NCBI GenBank assembly: GCA_013265495.1
Contig: MU057651.1
Coordinates: 941,674 to 1,005,673 of the forward strand
Source: Vicugna vicugna
Taxonomy: Eukaryota
Reading direction: 5' to 3'
Length of the DNA: 64,000 nucleotides
A program made the translations under genes and the position numbers. The notes beneath the pieces are model-generated. The model saw only the letters and a program-made list of their open reading frames with translations, did no database searches and was not told where the DNA came from. The stretch's first letter is position 1; each line of letters starts with the position of its first letter. Of the stretch, positions 1 to 13,844 are shown piece by piece.

Positions 1-939
1 ATACAAAAGGATAATATTCAAAGGAAGCTCACAGTTCAGAATCATCCTACTGTCTTTGTGGAAAACCCACAGCAAATTTTTTTGTAATAATTGGGTATAA
101 CAGTATTATAATTCTAATGAACAAGTTAAATCAGGGATCTCTAAATTTTGGAATCACACTGTTAATCAACTACAAACAAATATTAGCCCACATCTATCAC
201 CAATGACTCAGATGTTTCTTTCTAATGAATTGACCGTTACATTTCCAAAGTTCTTAAATGGCCATCAGACCACAGAAAGACACTTCTCTAGGCTCCTGCT
301 TGAAACCAACAGCTTCAGCAGACTGCTGGCCTTGATTCAGGACCAAATATTGATCAGTATGTTGATCACTGTTCATGTCTCTACTGACTGCCTTCTTACC
401 TCTCAGACCACTTTCACTGTCTTCCATGCTATATTTCCATTGTTTTCCTCATACACTTGGTCCTTGAACACTGTGCAGGGTATAAAGGGTTAAAACTTCT
501 TCAGGAACGTGACATCCAACTTGCCTTCTGCCAGGTGAGGTGATCTTTGTCTCTGGTAAACCCTGGGGATTTAGCTGCTTTTTAAAAAGAATGTGATTTC
601 CTCTTAGTATTCTAGAAGCCCTTATGCCATATAAGAACAAGACTTTTAGAAAACTGTGACTTTCTGTCATGGTAGAACAGAACTCTTCTGTTTCTTTCAA
701 TGGACATTAATCAAACCTGGCCTCACACAAAGGTGAAGAAGGTGGCATATCCTTGAGGGATACCGAAAAGCTCCATTTGTCCCAAATAAATCTTCCATGT
801 GCTTTCTGTATTTAAGAAACCTCCGCCATTACAATCACTCTTCTGGGTTAAGACATCGTTTCCCTAAGTTTGTTACATGCATAAAAACACAATTTTATGG
901 GATTAAAATTAAAATATAGGGTTAACTAGAGAAAACATT

Positions 940-1150
940 TATATGGTCCAATAAACTTGAGAGTTTCTGGACTAGAGATAAACAGGTTTCTTTTACTGCA
1001 GGACTTCTCAGAGCCTTTAATATATTAATATGCATTATGAATCTATAAGCGAGTGTATAGGATGCAGTATTTTCCAAACTTATTCAGCCATGGAACCTGT
1101 TTCTTGTAGAGCACTTTGCAGCATTAGTGTTTAGTATATGTTCTAGGAAA
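940..1150. mobile_element. Ancient hAT-like MER remnant; a second copy lies at about 17985-18250
   Basis: Shared motif aacaggtttcttttactgcaggacttctcagagcctttaa...tttccaaacttatt at both sites. The exact family is uncertain. Confidence 0.55.
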
Positions 1151-3504
1151 TCTTGGATTATGCCATTCAATTTCTAGAAGTTATTTATATTATAGCAATA
1201 AGCTATTGGAAAATAGGTATCTTAGTTTGGGGAAGGCCATTAGGGTAGCAGGCCATTTTAGAACAAGACCCCCAAATTAATGTTATTCAAACTTTAGTGT
1301 GCTTAAGGGGATTTGATAAAATGCAGACTCTCAGGCCCTACACTAAAAATTCAGATACAGTTGGCTGCAGTGGGTATTCTGCATTTTAAACAAGCACCTC
1401 AATTAATTCCGATGCAGCTGGACTGGGGAGTGCACTATGGTAATAGGGCCCGGGGGAGATCTTGATAAAGGAGGCCGAGAGCACTGCCTGCAGAGAGCAG
1501 TCCAGGCCAAGATCTTGGCGTAGGGAGCCCTGTGCATTTGCAGAGAGCCGGGGGCAACTTAACAACATTGTTTCTCTGATAATGGGGAGCATAGGCACCC
1601 CGGAAACTTACTTTGCCTGCGTGACACTTCTCCAGGACCAACCCTGCAATAACATGGACTCACTGTTCCCTCTGGCTGGCCTCCCTGCTTTCCCAGCACT
1701 CCCACCCAAAGCCTTTGTCTTCTGCCATCTTCCACAGTCAGAGCCCCTGGCTGTCATGTCCAGAAAGAAAGACCCTCCGTGGGGAGCTCACCCCTCTACC
1801 CCACCCATTGTCCATGACTTGTTGTTGGCGAGAAATGAATGGCATTTCTCGGAATTAGCCCAGGAATTTCTGCTGATAAACAAATGAAACTCTCAAAGGG
1901 AAAAGCAATCAACATAGTTTGAAATAAAATCAGTGTTTTCAGCTTAGTCTGTTTTCAACTTAATTTGAAATAAGAGTCACATCCAGGGTATTTTAAGGGA
2001 AGGATTAGTAAAATGTCTTTTAGTGAGTTTTCTTCCTGGTTGCGGGTCTGATCCATCCAGGGCCTGCTTTCTGAATAAGCAGAACAGGAGATTAGTACCT
2101 TGATTTCCCAGACCTGTGATTCTGAGACTGTCGAGCCAGCATTGTGTCAGCCTCCCCCTCTCCCTCCCTACTTCCCTGCCAAGTTGCCTGATAGCTGAAA
2201 TGCTGTTATTATTATAGCTTCATCTTTTGAATTCAGACTTTGATTCCTGATAAATTCATCCATCTTTGGAAGTGATAAACTCTTATTAATCGTTTTTAAT
2301 TTAACCAGCACGCAGGATCTAGAAAGCAGGATTTGATGGTAATGAGTGGAGGTGGGTATGTGGTGGGAGATCCTGAGGCCACTAACCTGGGTTCCTGGAA
2401 GAGTTTGCAGGGTCAGGGCCGGCGAGGGGTGGAGGAAGGGTTGAAGGAGGAGCTTAGGGAATCAGGCTTTACCTTCCCTATAGTCCTGCAGAGACCATGC
2501 CTCTCTGCAATGGTCAAGGATAAGTCCTTTTTCATGGCAGAAGACACAGTGGCTTCTAGGATGGGTTGCCAGCTCTCAAGTTTTTCACTTTGGTGTTGTT
2601 AATTTAAAACCAATATGTTCCAGCAGTAACCAGATATCCTTGCTATCTGTTGCATGGAGCCAAAGGGTTTCACTTCAGGGTTTTGGATGCAAAATAACTA
2701 TAACCCAAAAGGTTTACCAGATTATTTGCAGCCACTAAGATAAATAGCAGTCTTTATTAGAATGATTTTTGTCTGATTTTTGTATTTAGATTTTTACATT
2801 GTCAGCTATTCCCTAGAAGTGATTTTGGAAACTGGCAGACTGCGGGTGTCAGTTATTGAAATCTGTTCCAAAATCCATCTCCTCATAGGACTCCATTTCC
2901 TTGGCGATCAAAGTAGTCTGTTTTAGAAATATCTTGATGTGTTGTCTCTTGCCTTTGCCATACATACGATAAGACCCAGAGAGTGGGAAATGGTTCGGCA
3001 ATAGACGTGTGGCTGCTGAAACAGGTTTTCTTTTTAGGGTTGTACTCCCTGAATTGGAGAGAGGCTATGAAGTATATATACTGTATCTTTAAAGAAAAAG
3101 ATAAATCAAAGTTGTCTACAGGAGAGGGAGGAAGAAGGTTGGTTGATTTTTTTTTTTAACTGGGGAAGAGAGGAAAGACTTCAAACTTGGGAGTAGAGGT
3201 TACTTTTAAAACAGAGATAAAGTAAGTGTCCCTGCAAGCTCTGTTTTCTTTTCTTTAGCAAAATTGTGCAACTTTGATTTCTTTAATCTTCACAAGATCA
3301 TGCCCTCAGGGATCAGAGTCCACACTCACCACCCTACCTTTTATAAGCTCTGTAATCCTTTATTATTTTAATAGGAGAGAAAAGGGGGTTGAGAACAAGG
3401 GGCAGCCATATGCACATACACAATCTTATGCTTGATTGTAATATTTAAATATCCCTTTGTTTCTGTTTCCCTTCCTCTCTCTTTTCCTTTTTTCTTATCT
3501 CTAT

Positions 3505-3860
3505 TTTTTATTTTAAAAAAATTTTATTGTAGTAAAATATGCATGACAAAATTCCCCCATTTTAATCACTTTCCAGTGTACACTTCTGTGGCATTAAGTA
3601 CATTTACACTGTTGTGCAACCATCACCACCATCCATCTCGGGAATTTTTTCATCTTCCCAAGCTGAAACTCCATCCCCATTAAACAACTCCCCATTTCCC
3701 CTCCCCCAGCTCCTGACCACCATCATTCTACTTTCTCTGTCAGTTTGACTCCTCTGGGTACCTCATATAAGTGTAATCATCCAGTATTTGTCCTTTTGTG
3801 AGGGGCTTATTTCACTTAGCAGAATGTCTTCAAGGTTCATCCGTGTTGGAGCATGTCTCT
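3505..3860 (-). mobile_element. L1MB-type 3' end
   Basis: tttattgtagtaaaatatgcatgacaaaattccccattttaatcac...gtggcattaagtacatttacactgttgtgcaaccatcaccacc. Confidence 0.8.
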
Positions 3861-4805
3861 TTTTTAAATGGGGAACAGGATGGAAAAGAAATTTGAGAAG
3901 AGGCTGGTGGTAGTGTTGAGAAAGCAAAATCAGGAGATAACCAAGGGGTCTCAGAAGAATCTAGCAAATCTTGGTTCTCTGAGAATAGTTTTCATAGGAT
4001 GAGGGAGACCCCAGAGGCTACATTGTCTTTGACAATGACAGGCCTGACAAGCAGTAACTCACAGGAATGATCGTTTGAAATTCTGCGGTTTGAAAGACAG
4101 ACATAGTCCTTATTAATATTTCCAAGGGAACTTCAGAAAGCATCATTAGGAGCTGATAACCAGCAAGTTTTGTTCTCTTTTGAAGAATTCCAAACGGGTA
4201 GAACTTTATCCCTGTTTCCCTTTATCTGGAGAAGTACATTTCCAAAAGGGCCTCCTCTGGGATCGCTTTCTGAGGGCAGTCATGTCTGGCACTATTCAGT
4301 ATGATTTTATTAGAAAGATGGTTAAAGGATTAGAGTATCAAACCTATGAGGCAATGTTGAAGGAAAAGTGTAATTACTGAGCCCGGTGAAAAGAAGGACT
4401 GAAGGGACTTCAACAAACATCAGAAAGATAAGTGGGTCTTAGAAGATGCTCATCAACTTTCTCCTTCCATCTCCAATGGGGGAGCGGGTTGAAATGACCT
4501 TCAGCTTTAAAAAAGGTAGGTACAGGGAAGGACTTTAAGGCACAAATAAGGGGAGCAGAAGTTTTTGAAAGTCAATATATTATAATTCAAGCTTAACATT
4601 GAGTAAAAGCAAAACACACATGGACAAATGCATATATAATGTGATTCAATTAATAGGAGGTTCAAGACAGGCAAAACTCAACTATATTGTTGAGGGAGGT
4701 ACATAAATGTGATAAAACAATAACGAAAAGCAAGGCAGCGATTGTCCCAAAAGTCAGGATCGTAGTTATTTCTGGTGCAGAGCCTTCTGGGGTGTTGGCA
4801 ATGCT

Positions 4806-4860
4806 GGCTTGGCTTGGCTTGGCTAGGCTTTCCTTCCTTCCTTCCTTCCTTCCTTCCTTC

Positions 4861-4923
<63 letters not shown>

Positions 4924-4924
4924 A
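4806..4924. repeat. Compound microsatellite (GGCTT)n(CTTC)n(CTTT)n
   Basis: Directly visible; sits at the tail position of the L1. Confidence 0.95.
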
Positions 4925-5272
4925 TTGAAGTATAGTTTATTTACAAGTTTGTGTTAGTTTCTGGTGTGCAGCAAAGTGATTCAGTCATATGTATATATAT
5001 ATATATGTATACACACATATTCTTTTTCATTACACGTTTACTACAAGCTGTTTAATATAGTTCCCTGTGCTATACAGTAGGACTATGTTATTTATCTATT
5101 TTATATATAGCAGTTTGTATCTGTTAATCCTAAACTCCTAATTTATCCCTTGCCTCCCTTCCCCTTTGGTAACTGTAAGTTTGTTTTCTATGTCTGTGAG
5201 CCTGATTCTGTTTTGTAAATAAGTTCATTTGTCTCATTTTTTTAAGATTCCACAGAGAAGTGAGATATTTGT
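4925..5272 (-). mobile_element. L1 3' end (cetartiodactyl-type), inserted in an older L1 remnant at about 4590-5400
   Basis: attgaagtatagtttatttacaagtttgtgttagtttctggtgtgcagcaaagtgattcag. The tail has become the adjacent microsatellite. Confidence 0.82.
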
Positions 5273-6824
5273 CTTTAATACTGTCTTTCTTGTCCCACAT
5301 AGTAGTTACAGGGGTGTTTGCCTTATAAACATCAATTTAGCTACACATTTCTGTTTTAGATGTGTCAGTTATATTTCCCTGCATAACATATTTTTAAATG
5401 ACATTACATTTTCATTTGTTTTGGGTGATTATGATTGGAGGCAACCAGAAGACATTTAAATAGTACAATCAAGCATAAGATTGTGTATGTGCATATGGCT
5501 GTTTGGGGGCTACATTTTTTCTTTAATTGTTTATATTATTTTGGTCTTCTTGGCATTTGGTTTGGTTTGGTCTGGCTTTTGTGTGTTTGTTTTTGCACAA
5601 AGCAGAGCAATACCAAAGCCTGGAGAAGGGTGTGCTCTCTGTCCTCCAAGTATGCCCTTGGAACTAGTCAGAAGGCATATGGGGGCATTTGTGGCTTTGA
5701 CCTCCAAGCTGCAGAGTGCACCAGGATGCTGGCATCTAGATGAAGCCACCTGGCTTCAGGTCTATATCACTGACCAGAGGGCTCATTTGGCTTCCAGAAT
5801 CAAGACACATTTAGAAAGGAGAGGGAGCTCTGGTCCTGTGGATGTGCATTCTCTCCCGGAGGTGAGGCTGTATTGTACTATCATGACAGGGGAAAAGGCC
5901 CAGGGCCAGAAAAGAGATGGGGTCTAACCCTGCTCTCCCCTCAATTCACTGTGGGACTTTCACAGAGCCGGCTGGTGTCTTGGTGCCTGTTTTCTCAACA
6001 TGTAAAATGAGAGTGATAATTCCTTACCTTTTCCTAAGGTTTGCATTGCCAGTGAAAACCAAGTTAATGTAGGAAGTTGCTTTGAAAAGCGTAAAGAGGT
6101 ATATATAAGTAAAGCAGTGTGCAACAGGGGAAAGTAAGAACTTAAATCCAGGGTCCCCAAATTGGAATCACTGAGAGAGAGTGGGGCAAAGCCTGAAGCT
6201 CCGACGTTTCAGTACTTGTTCCCATAGATCTCAGTGACAGCAGCCCCGGGACCAGGGCGCTGGCCATATGTCTCCAGCGTCAGGGAAAAGTTGTGGGGGG
6301 CGTCTAAAGGAAACAGGTGACAGGTTTAATGAGTGTTGGGCAGAAGGCATAAAATGAATGGCATCACCTCTGCCTTCCCTTTCTGTTTCTTTCTGATTAG
6401 ATTTTCAGAGGTGCCCTAAGAGAGTGTGATGCCCAGTAATGCTGACGTTTTCAAAGCAGAGCGAACCCTTGGCAGAAACAGGGCGGTAGTGCTGAGAATG
6501 CACTCAGAGACAAGGTCACAGTCTCTGGGCTGCCTTGAAAGCTTCACGGGGATTTTTTTGGGCTAGGCCTGACCCCTCCTGCTGCCCCCAGTCATAAAAA
6601 TGTTGAGCAGGATTCTTTGCTCAGTACTATTGTGTGCTGATTAGGCTGCCGTAATTCCTGCAAGCAGGCCTGAACTGCCTCACTTCCTGCTTTCTTACTA
6701 ATTCACATTCTGGCTGGAGCCTGTCTTCCAACACCTTGTGCAGGAGCATAGCATGACCCTACTGTAAAGGCCCCTCAGACCACCAGGATCAGGGGGAGAA
6801 ACCATAGCTGTAGTGCTGCTTCCC

Positions 6825-7034
6825 AGCCAGGGACGATCGCTCCCCTCCACACTTCTCCCCCAGCTTTGGAAATTTAGAGAACCTGTTTTGGTCATCACAG
6901 TGATTGGGGGATGTCCTTGGCATTTAGTAGGCAGGAACCAGGGGTGCTTAATGTTACACAGTGTGGAGGAACACAATGCAGTGAAGAAGTGTCCCACCCC
7001 AAATTCCAGTGGTGACCCTATTGAGAAACACTGG
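6825..7034 (+). mobile_element. MER20B-like hAT element
   Basis: ttttggtcatcacagtgattggggg...tggcatttagtaggcagg...ttgagaaacactg. Confidence 0.65.
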
Positions 7035-9737
7035 ACAGCAGCCTTACCCAGAGAAGCCCGGGAAAGGGAGAATTCCTCCCAACCAGAGTTGATGATGCAT
7101 GTCCACTCACTCATTCAGTCACTCACTCACTCATTCAGTCACTCAGTCACTCATTCCACAGATGATCACTGAGTACAAGCTTTGGGCCAGATCCCTTGTA
7201 TGGTGCTGAGGTTTCAGAGTCCCCGCCTCAAGGAGCTCCCAGTCTAGCGGGGGACACAGGTATGACGAGATCATGACAACATAATGTGATGAGTACTCCG
7301 GTAGAGGTGTGTACAACAGCCGGGCAGCCAGAAACCAGAGACAGGAGAGAGAGAGACACTCTACAAGAGCCAGTCAGCATTTGACATTCAAGCTAGCTGG
7401 GTTCTGACAGAGGAATGGAACTTTGGAGAAGGGGTGGGGTGGGGGCATGCGCAAAGGCATATGCGAGGGGGGCGGGACTGGAGTGAGTGTGGACCATGTG
7501 GAAGGGAGGAAGCTGGAAAGGTCAGGTTGATGGAATCCCAGTCTCAAATGATCTCATACATCCTAGAGTTTGACATTACTTCGATCCTCTAGGCCACTGC
7601 AAACGTTGGGAGGAGGTAAAGTTTGTGTTTAGTACGCTCAGACATCTTTTTGCACCCCCTTTCATCTTTCTCAGTCCCTACATCCTCACCTCTCTCCCAG
7701 CCACTCAGTGCTCACGTGGTCGCTATCACCTAATGGGAAGAAGGCTGGGTTACCCCTTCCAGGAGGAGCGGGCGGGGGCTTCTCTCTTTATCAACAGAAA
7801 TGTAAATGCTTAACTAAAAGAAGTCACAACTGGTAGGATTCTAGATATCAGTGGAGAGACTTTGGGGAGGGGCCTTGGAAGAACTAAGTGTGGAGGAGAC
7901 AGCACAGAGGCTTCATTCAGCGATCACACACAGCGTGAGTGTCAGCCTACATGAGGTGTGTGTCTGAGTGGGTAAGACTGACTGTGTGTGAGTGGGTAGG
8001 TGAGGAAATGATAATAGTTCCTGCTTCAAGAGAGGATTCTGAGGAGTAAATGAATTAGTACATGTAAGGGGCTCAGCACAGGGCCCAGCCCATAGTAAGC
8101 CTGTAATTGCAGGTTCTCATTGTTATTTTAGAATCCAGGGCCAGAGTTCAGTCTGGGAACGTAGGAACACACTGGCCAGGATGGAGCTGAGGATTTTATG
8201 CTAAGATTCAGTGGCCGTGTCTGGTCAGTTTCAAATCTACTCCTAGGCCACATCCTAACCCTCAAGCAATATAAAATTTCAGCATGTGGCTTGGCAAAAT
8301 GGAAATTTTGTCATGGGGAGTCATTATTTGGTGTACATTTGAGTTTACTTTCTCTGTCTCCACTCGGAGCACAGGGCAGGTGGGAAGCTGTGGTTTTACA
8401 GCCGGTGCAGCCCTGCCTGGAGGCCCAGGTCAGCAGGTCTGTTGTCATGTGTGGGAAGACAAAATAGAAGAGGCATAGCACTGAGGGCCAGAGCCAGGGA
8501 GATGCATTAGAAAGAAATTAACTTGGGAGGGGCTGGATAAGGGAACAAAAGTCTTAGCTGGAGAAGGAAGGAGCAAAAGGGGGAAAAAAAACTGGGAAGG
8601 ACAGGATACATAAGATCATCCAGCTGCCCCCAAACTGAACTTCCAATGTTTTCTGTGTTCTTTTTGGACGAGGGGGTGGCTTGTCCCGAATTCAGTGGAA
8701 ACTTGTTGATTGACAGCGAGTTGGGCACAAGTTCAGTGTGAGTGTGCCTTCAGCTATTTATTTGATTTTTTGAAATTGCACCCTTTGCAGTTAGGACTAT
8801 TTAGTTTCTCCTGGCGCCCTGGGGCAGTGAGTTTAGATTGTTAAAATAGCAGCCATTAACACTCTCTGTGTTATGACACTGTCCTCCCTGCCCCCCTTAA
8901 GAGGAATTGGGCATGAGGTTGTTCGACACAAGTTGAATTCGCCTCTCCCCACTGAGAGAAGCAAGCAGAGAGTCCTCCTCTGAGTCAGAGCACAGTTGCC
9001 TAGCCCTCACCCCCAAAGCCTCCAAATCTGCCTAACACTCCCTGCCATTCCCACTCACACACACGTGACCCTCACTACACACTCCACCGTACTCCCACAC
9101 TCACACCTACACCCATCCCGCGAGCTAGAGGAACCCTGGGGAGCACTTGTGCCTGTCTCGCTGTTCGCTGTGCTTTTGTTTTGCTTTCCTTCACTTGCTT
9201 TGTTTTGATTTCAAATCAGTCTTTGGGATTAAATTGGATAACTTTTTTTCATGTTATTAATAGTGCTGTGGAGGGAGCATATAAGGACTTTCTTCTCAGT
9301 CCTGGCCAGGCTTGCTTCTCCCAACAAATAAATACAACACTGACTTTCACTGATCAATCACACTGCTCTTTGTCAGATGTTGCATACCATACTTCCTGGG
9401 CAGATAGCCCTAGGAGCTCTAAAAGATGCATGAATTGCTGGATTATCTAGATTATTCATAGGTCTGTTTAAAAGGGAATTTTTCATGAGAGGGCTAGGTG
9501 GCTATGGCTTACCCAAAGGCCCTTGGGAAAGATCAAAGGAGCAGAGTCACTGGAGGAAGTGTGGCATGGCTGAGCTCCCTGAGCAGGGCAATAATAGTGG
9601 CTGGTGGCCAGAATACAGTCCCACTGTCTGGGAAGGTCAGCATTGGTCACAGCTGGACAGCCGGATGAGCCCAGTCCTAGGAGGCATGGAGGGGAAGTTC
9701 TGTGTTCTCTGAACATCCTTGATGCACATTGAATATA

Positions 9738-9950
9738 CTAGTGCTATTCAACAGAACTTTTTGCAGTGCCAGAAATATTCTGTATCTGTGCTGTCCAATA
9801 TGGCAGCCACTGGTGCATTTGGTTGTTGAACATTTGAAATGTGACTGGTATGACTGTGGAACTGCATTTTACATTTTATTCAAAGTCAGTTAGTTTGAAC
9901 GTAAATAAACACATGTGACCAGTGGCTTCTGTAGTAGATGGCATGGCTCT
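9738..9950. mobile_element. MER3-like hAT element
   Basis: tatctgtgctgtccaatatggcagccact...catttgaaatgtgactggtatgactg. Confidence 0.75.
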
Positions 9951-11894
9951 AGACCATTTATTGGATACTTTTCTGCTGCGTTGAATTTAAGTTTGTACCT
10001 TTCATCTGTCTGTTCAGGGCCTTGCAACTAAACTTTCTGAGAGCAGAAATCACATATTCTACAACCACAGAAAATTATATCTGCAAGAGAATTTTTGTCC
10101 TGCCTCCTCCTCTCCCATTCGACAAATAGGGAGACCGGGAAAGACTCTATAACTTACCGGAAGCTACAGTGCTCATTATAATTAGGGTAGCCTGGAACCC
10201 AGGTCTCCCTACCTCCTATACTGTGCTTCTGCCTCATCTCCCTTGCAGATAAGTTTCAAAGAAGTAAATATCCTCTTCCTTTCCACTCTCTTCACTGTGT
10301 ATAGCTGAAATGAATCCCCTGATATTTGAAAATAATCTGGAGCCCAAGTATCTTTATCTCTTCGTGTGCCAAAGTACAATGTAAGCTCTGGATAAGTTTG
10401 TGGGATGAAATTAATTCTCTATGTGTTTCCTGTTATGTGTTATCTTTATGTTATATTTTTCAGGAAAATCTATTTCTGTCTCAGTCAGTGCCTTCAAATT
10501 ATCCAGTGTCCATGCTGTCTCAGTCCAGGGACCTCTGCTCTGTGGATGTGGCTACCACCTCTGCAGACGTTCAGGTCTAAACTAGAGAACCTTAGGAAGC
10601 TGCCTAGCAAATTGATGAAAACGCTGTAGCTCTTTGGGCTCCAGACCCCATCCACATTCTGAATTCTCTTAGACTTCAGCATAACCAGGAATGTGGGGCA
10701 TAATTCCCTCCCTTCTCCAATTTTTCTGTGGCCAAACGCAATCGCCTACAAACTTAAGGTACCACAAATAGGGCTTAGGGCCCATATCTTACTGGTCACT
10801 TAGAAATGGAGAGAAAACACCCCGTCCAAACTAGCTTCAGAGTCAACTGCTAAAGAGGAAGACTGTTCAACTCATAGGTCCAAGCAAAGTGTCTGTTCAT
10901 CTCCCTATCCCTATTTCCTACCCCAAATCTTTGTCCCCAACCCAGAGCCGCCAGTAACTCAGCAATATCTGAACTGAAGCAAAACCTGTTCACAACCACC
11001 AAAAGCTGAAGTTAAGCCAAGCAGCTGGCTCCTCCAGGCAGCTCTGCCAAGAGCCAGGCCAAGGAAGGGAACAAATGGCCTGTGTCCCATCTGCAGTGGA
11101 ATGGCCAGCTCGTTTGCTGGTACCACCTAAAGAAGGAGTGATCAAGTATTGAGATAGAAGGCTTCCAGGGACCCACCCAGCCCTAAAAATCTGAAGCCCA
11201 AGTACAGTCATTGGATGCCAAGGACACTGGAGAAAGTCTTTGGAGCATGTAGAACACCAAGCCAGTTGGAGTGCCTGCTAAGCCAGCCCAGAATTCCTAG
11301 CATTCCAGCCCCCACCCCCAGAGGCAGCCAGTGGCCACAGCAGAGCCTGCTTCCAGCAGGCTGAGACCCTCATCAGCCCCTCCAAGAGCCTGCTCTTTCA
11401 CTTAGAGCCTGCCTGCTTGCCCTGTGCTGAGTTCAGGGAGGTGGACAAACTGTACCGCCCAGTTTAGGCTAAGAATCTCACTTGCCATGGAATCTCCAGG
11501 CAGTGAATCATTTTGAGCAAGCACTTAAGCAACTTTCCACTGAGTCATCCTGAGGACTGTCAGGTTCACTAATCCTGACATATATTGTGTATATCCTTTG
11601 TTCAGATCCTGTCCCCATCCTGATACTGGGGTGGGGGTGGGGTGGATGGTAAACAACAGAGCTATAAAAGATGTGCTTATTGGAAGTCATTTATATCAGG
11701 GCTCCCTTTGCTTTTCTATCTCCCCAAAGGCCTGAAGCACAAATTAAAATCCTGCTAGTACTAACTCTTGATCTGTGTATGCTCTTGGTTACATAGCTAC
11801 CAAGAGTATGTACTCTTTACTCTGAGTGGCAGTGCTTGTTGCATTTCTTTTCCAGACATTTCACGGATCTGTTTTCATTTGATGTCTTCTAGAC

Positions 11895-12090
11895 CAGGGG
11901 TCAGAAATTTTATTTTTTCTACAAAGGGCCAGATAGTAAATATTTTAGACTTTGAAGACCATACAGTCTTTGTTGAAACAATCCTTCCACTGTCGTGTGA
12001 AAGCGGCCACAAACAACGCATAAATTAAAGGGCACGAAACCTTTATCTACAAAACAAATTGCAGGTCGGATTTGGCCCATGACCCCTGTT
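11895..12090. mobile_element. MER58A-like hAT element
   Basis: caggggtcag...aaagggccagatagtaaatattttagactttg...ggatttggccc...gacccctg. Confidence 0.8.
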
Positions 12091-12276
12091 CGAGACAATG
12101 TACTTAGTCCAGTTTGTAACTGAGAACTGGTTTCAGCTGCTTAAGGGCATTTTGAATATCACTTTGGGAGAGAGACCACTCTTTTATCCTCAATTCTTTA
12201 GGGGAAGAGATTAAAAAATTGGAGTATTTTTCATCTTTCCCAGTTTGAATATGAAAGTCCATTCTTGCTCAAATAT

Positions 12277-12651
12277 TGTAGCAGTGAGCATAGATTAAGT
12301 TATGATGCGGTCACAACCTACAAATCTCAGTGGCTTTAACCAACAAAGGTTTATTGCTTCTCATTCTGCCTGTCCATCTCCATTTAACACATGTCATTCT
12401 CATCTGGGGACCCTGGCTGACAGAGCCTTGCCATCTGGAAATTTGTTCCAGTGGCATGGGAAGGGAACGTAGCAATTTGTGTCCTGGCTCCTAAAGACTT
12501 CTGCCCAGAAGTGACACAGATTACTTCTGTTCATTTGTCATTGGCCAGAGAAAGGCACGTGGTCATGCTTTGACCTCTAGGACACAGGGAAGTGCAATGC
12601 TGCCATGTAGAATGTTGATGAATATGATGGATAGCCCTAATGACTACCACA
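12277..12651 (-). mobile_element. Old MaLR LTR (MLT1J/K-like)
   Basis: aaatctcagtggctttaaccaacaaaggtttattg...gaagtgacacagattacttctgttcatttgtcattggccag...tgactaccaca. Confidence 0.7.
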
Positions 12652-12987
12652 GACTCCAGGAACTCCTTCCCAGTTTTCTTCTTGTCCTTCCTTGCCTAGC
12701 CCTTAGGTTATCTGGTCTAAGTGTCTCTTTTGCCCAGCCCTGCCTGGCCTTCCTCAGCCCTGCTGGTCATTGGCATTGACACATGGGTGGATGGCTTAGG
12801 AACTAAAGCATTGGGACAGTATCCATTCCCTAAAATGCTATGTAGATGAGCCATGGACATAAAGTCAGACCTCTGACCCAGGTCCTTCATGCCATTGGAT
12901 CCAAGGATTGATTGCCCTTGGGCAGTAGGCCTGAGAACAGTTGGACTTCTCATGCCTCTGGGTTTGATTTTATTTTGGTTTGCTTTT

Positions 12988-13637
12988 CTTTAAATTGAAG
13001 TATAATCAAGTTACAATGTTGTGTTAATTTCTGGCATATAGCATAGTGATTCGTGTATATATATACACACACACATATATATTCATATATACATATTCCT
13101 TTTCATAATAAGCCATTATAAGGTATTGAATATAGTTCACTGTGCTATACAGGAAGACCCTGTTGTTTGTCTATTTTATATACAGTAGTTAGTATCTGCT
13201 ATTCCCGAACTCGCAATTTATCCCTCTCCATCCTCTTTCCCTCCTGGTAACCCTGAGTTTGTTTACTATGTCTCTGCGTCTTTTTCTGTTTTGTAAATAA
13301 GTTCATTTGTGTTCTTTTTTTTTTAGATTCCACATATGAGTGATCTCATATGGTGGTTTTCTTTCTTTTTCGGGCTTACTTCACTTAGAATGACAATCTC
13401 CAGGTCCATCTATGTTGCTGCAAATAGCATTATTTTGTTTTTTTGTATGGCTGAGTAATATTCCATTGTATAAATATACCACACCTTCTTTATCCAGTCA
13501 CCTGTTGATGGACATTTAGGTTGCTTCCATGTCTTGTCTGTTGTAAATACAGCTGCTATGAACATTGGGGTGCATGGATCTTTTTGAATTAGAGTTTCCT
13601 CTGGATATATGCCCCGAGTGAGGTTGCTGGATCATAA
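12988..13637 (-). mobile_element. 5'-truncated L1 3' end
   Basis: aattgaagtataatcaagttacaatgttgtgttaatttctggc... through ...gttgctggatcata. Confidence 0.85.
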
Positions 13638-13844
13638 TGGGAATTTGGACTCGAGGAAATTCTCCACGTATTGACTCTAGGCAGTTACTTCCCTTCGTGC
13701 TTTGGAGAGCAGTGGTCAAGATGGAAGAAGGAGGTGGCAAGTGAATGGTAGGTAGGAAGTGATATTAGGTGATATTAATGCAATATTATGGGCTAATATG
13801 AAACTTATAGCTCACATTTTAGAGGAGAGAGTAAAGACAAAAGA

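Noticed and set aside
1462..1887. 141-aa ORF (also 5481-5927, 6698-7114, 36110-36568, 55496-55888)
   Set aside because: No recognisable domain; several overlap MER, L2 or MIR repeats; lengths are compatible with chance.
7104..7157. CACTCATTCAGT tandem repeat as a novel element
   Set aside because: Expanded (TTCA)n-type tail of the adjacent L2.
11628..11645. G-quadruplex-like G runs (also about 7431-7445)
   Set aside because: Short and common, with no supporting context.
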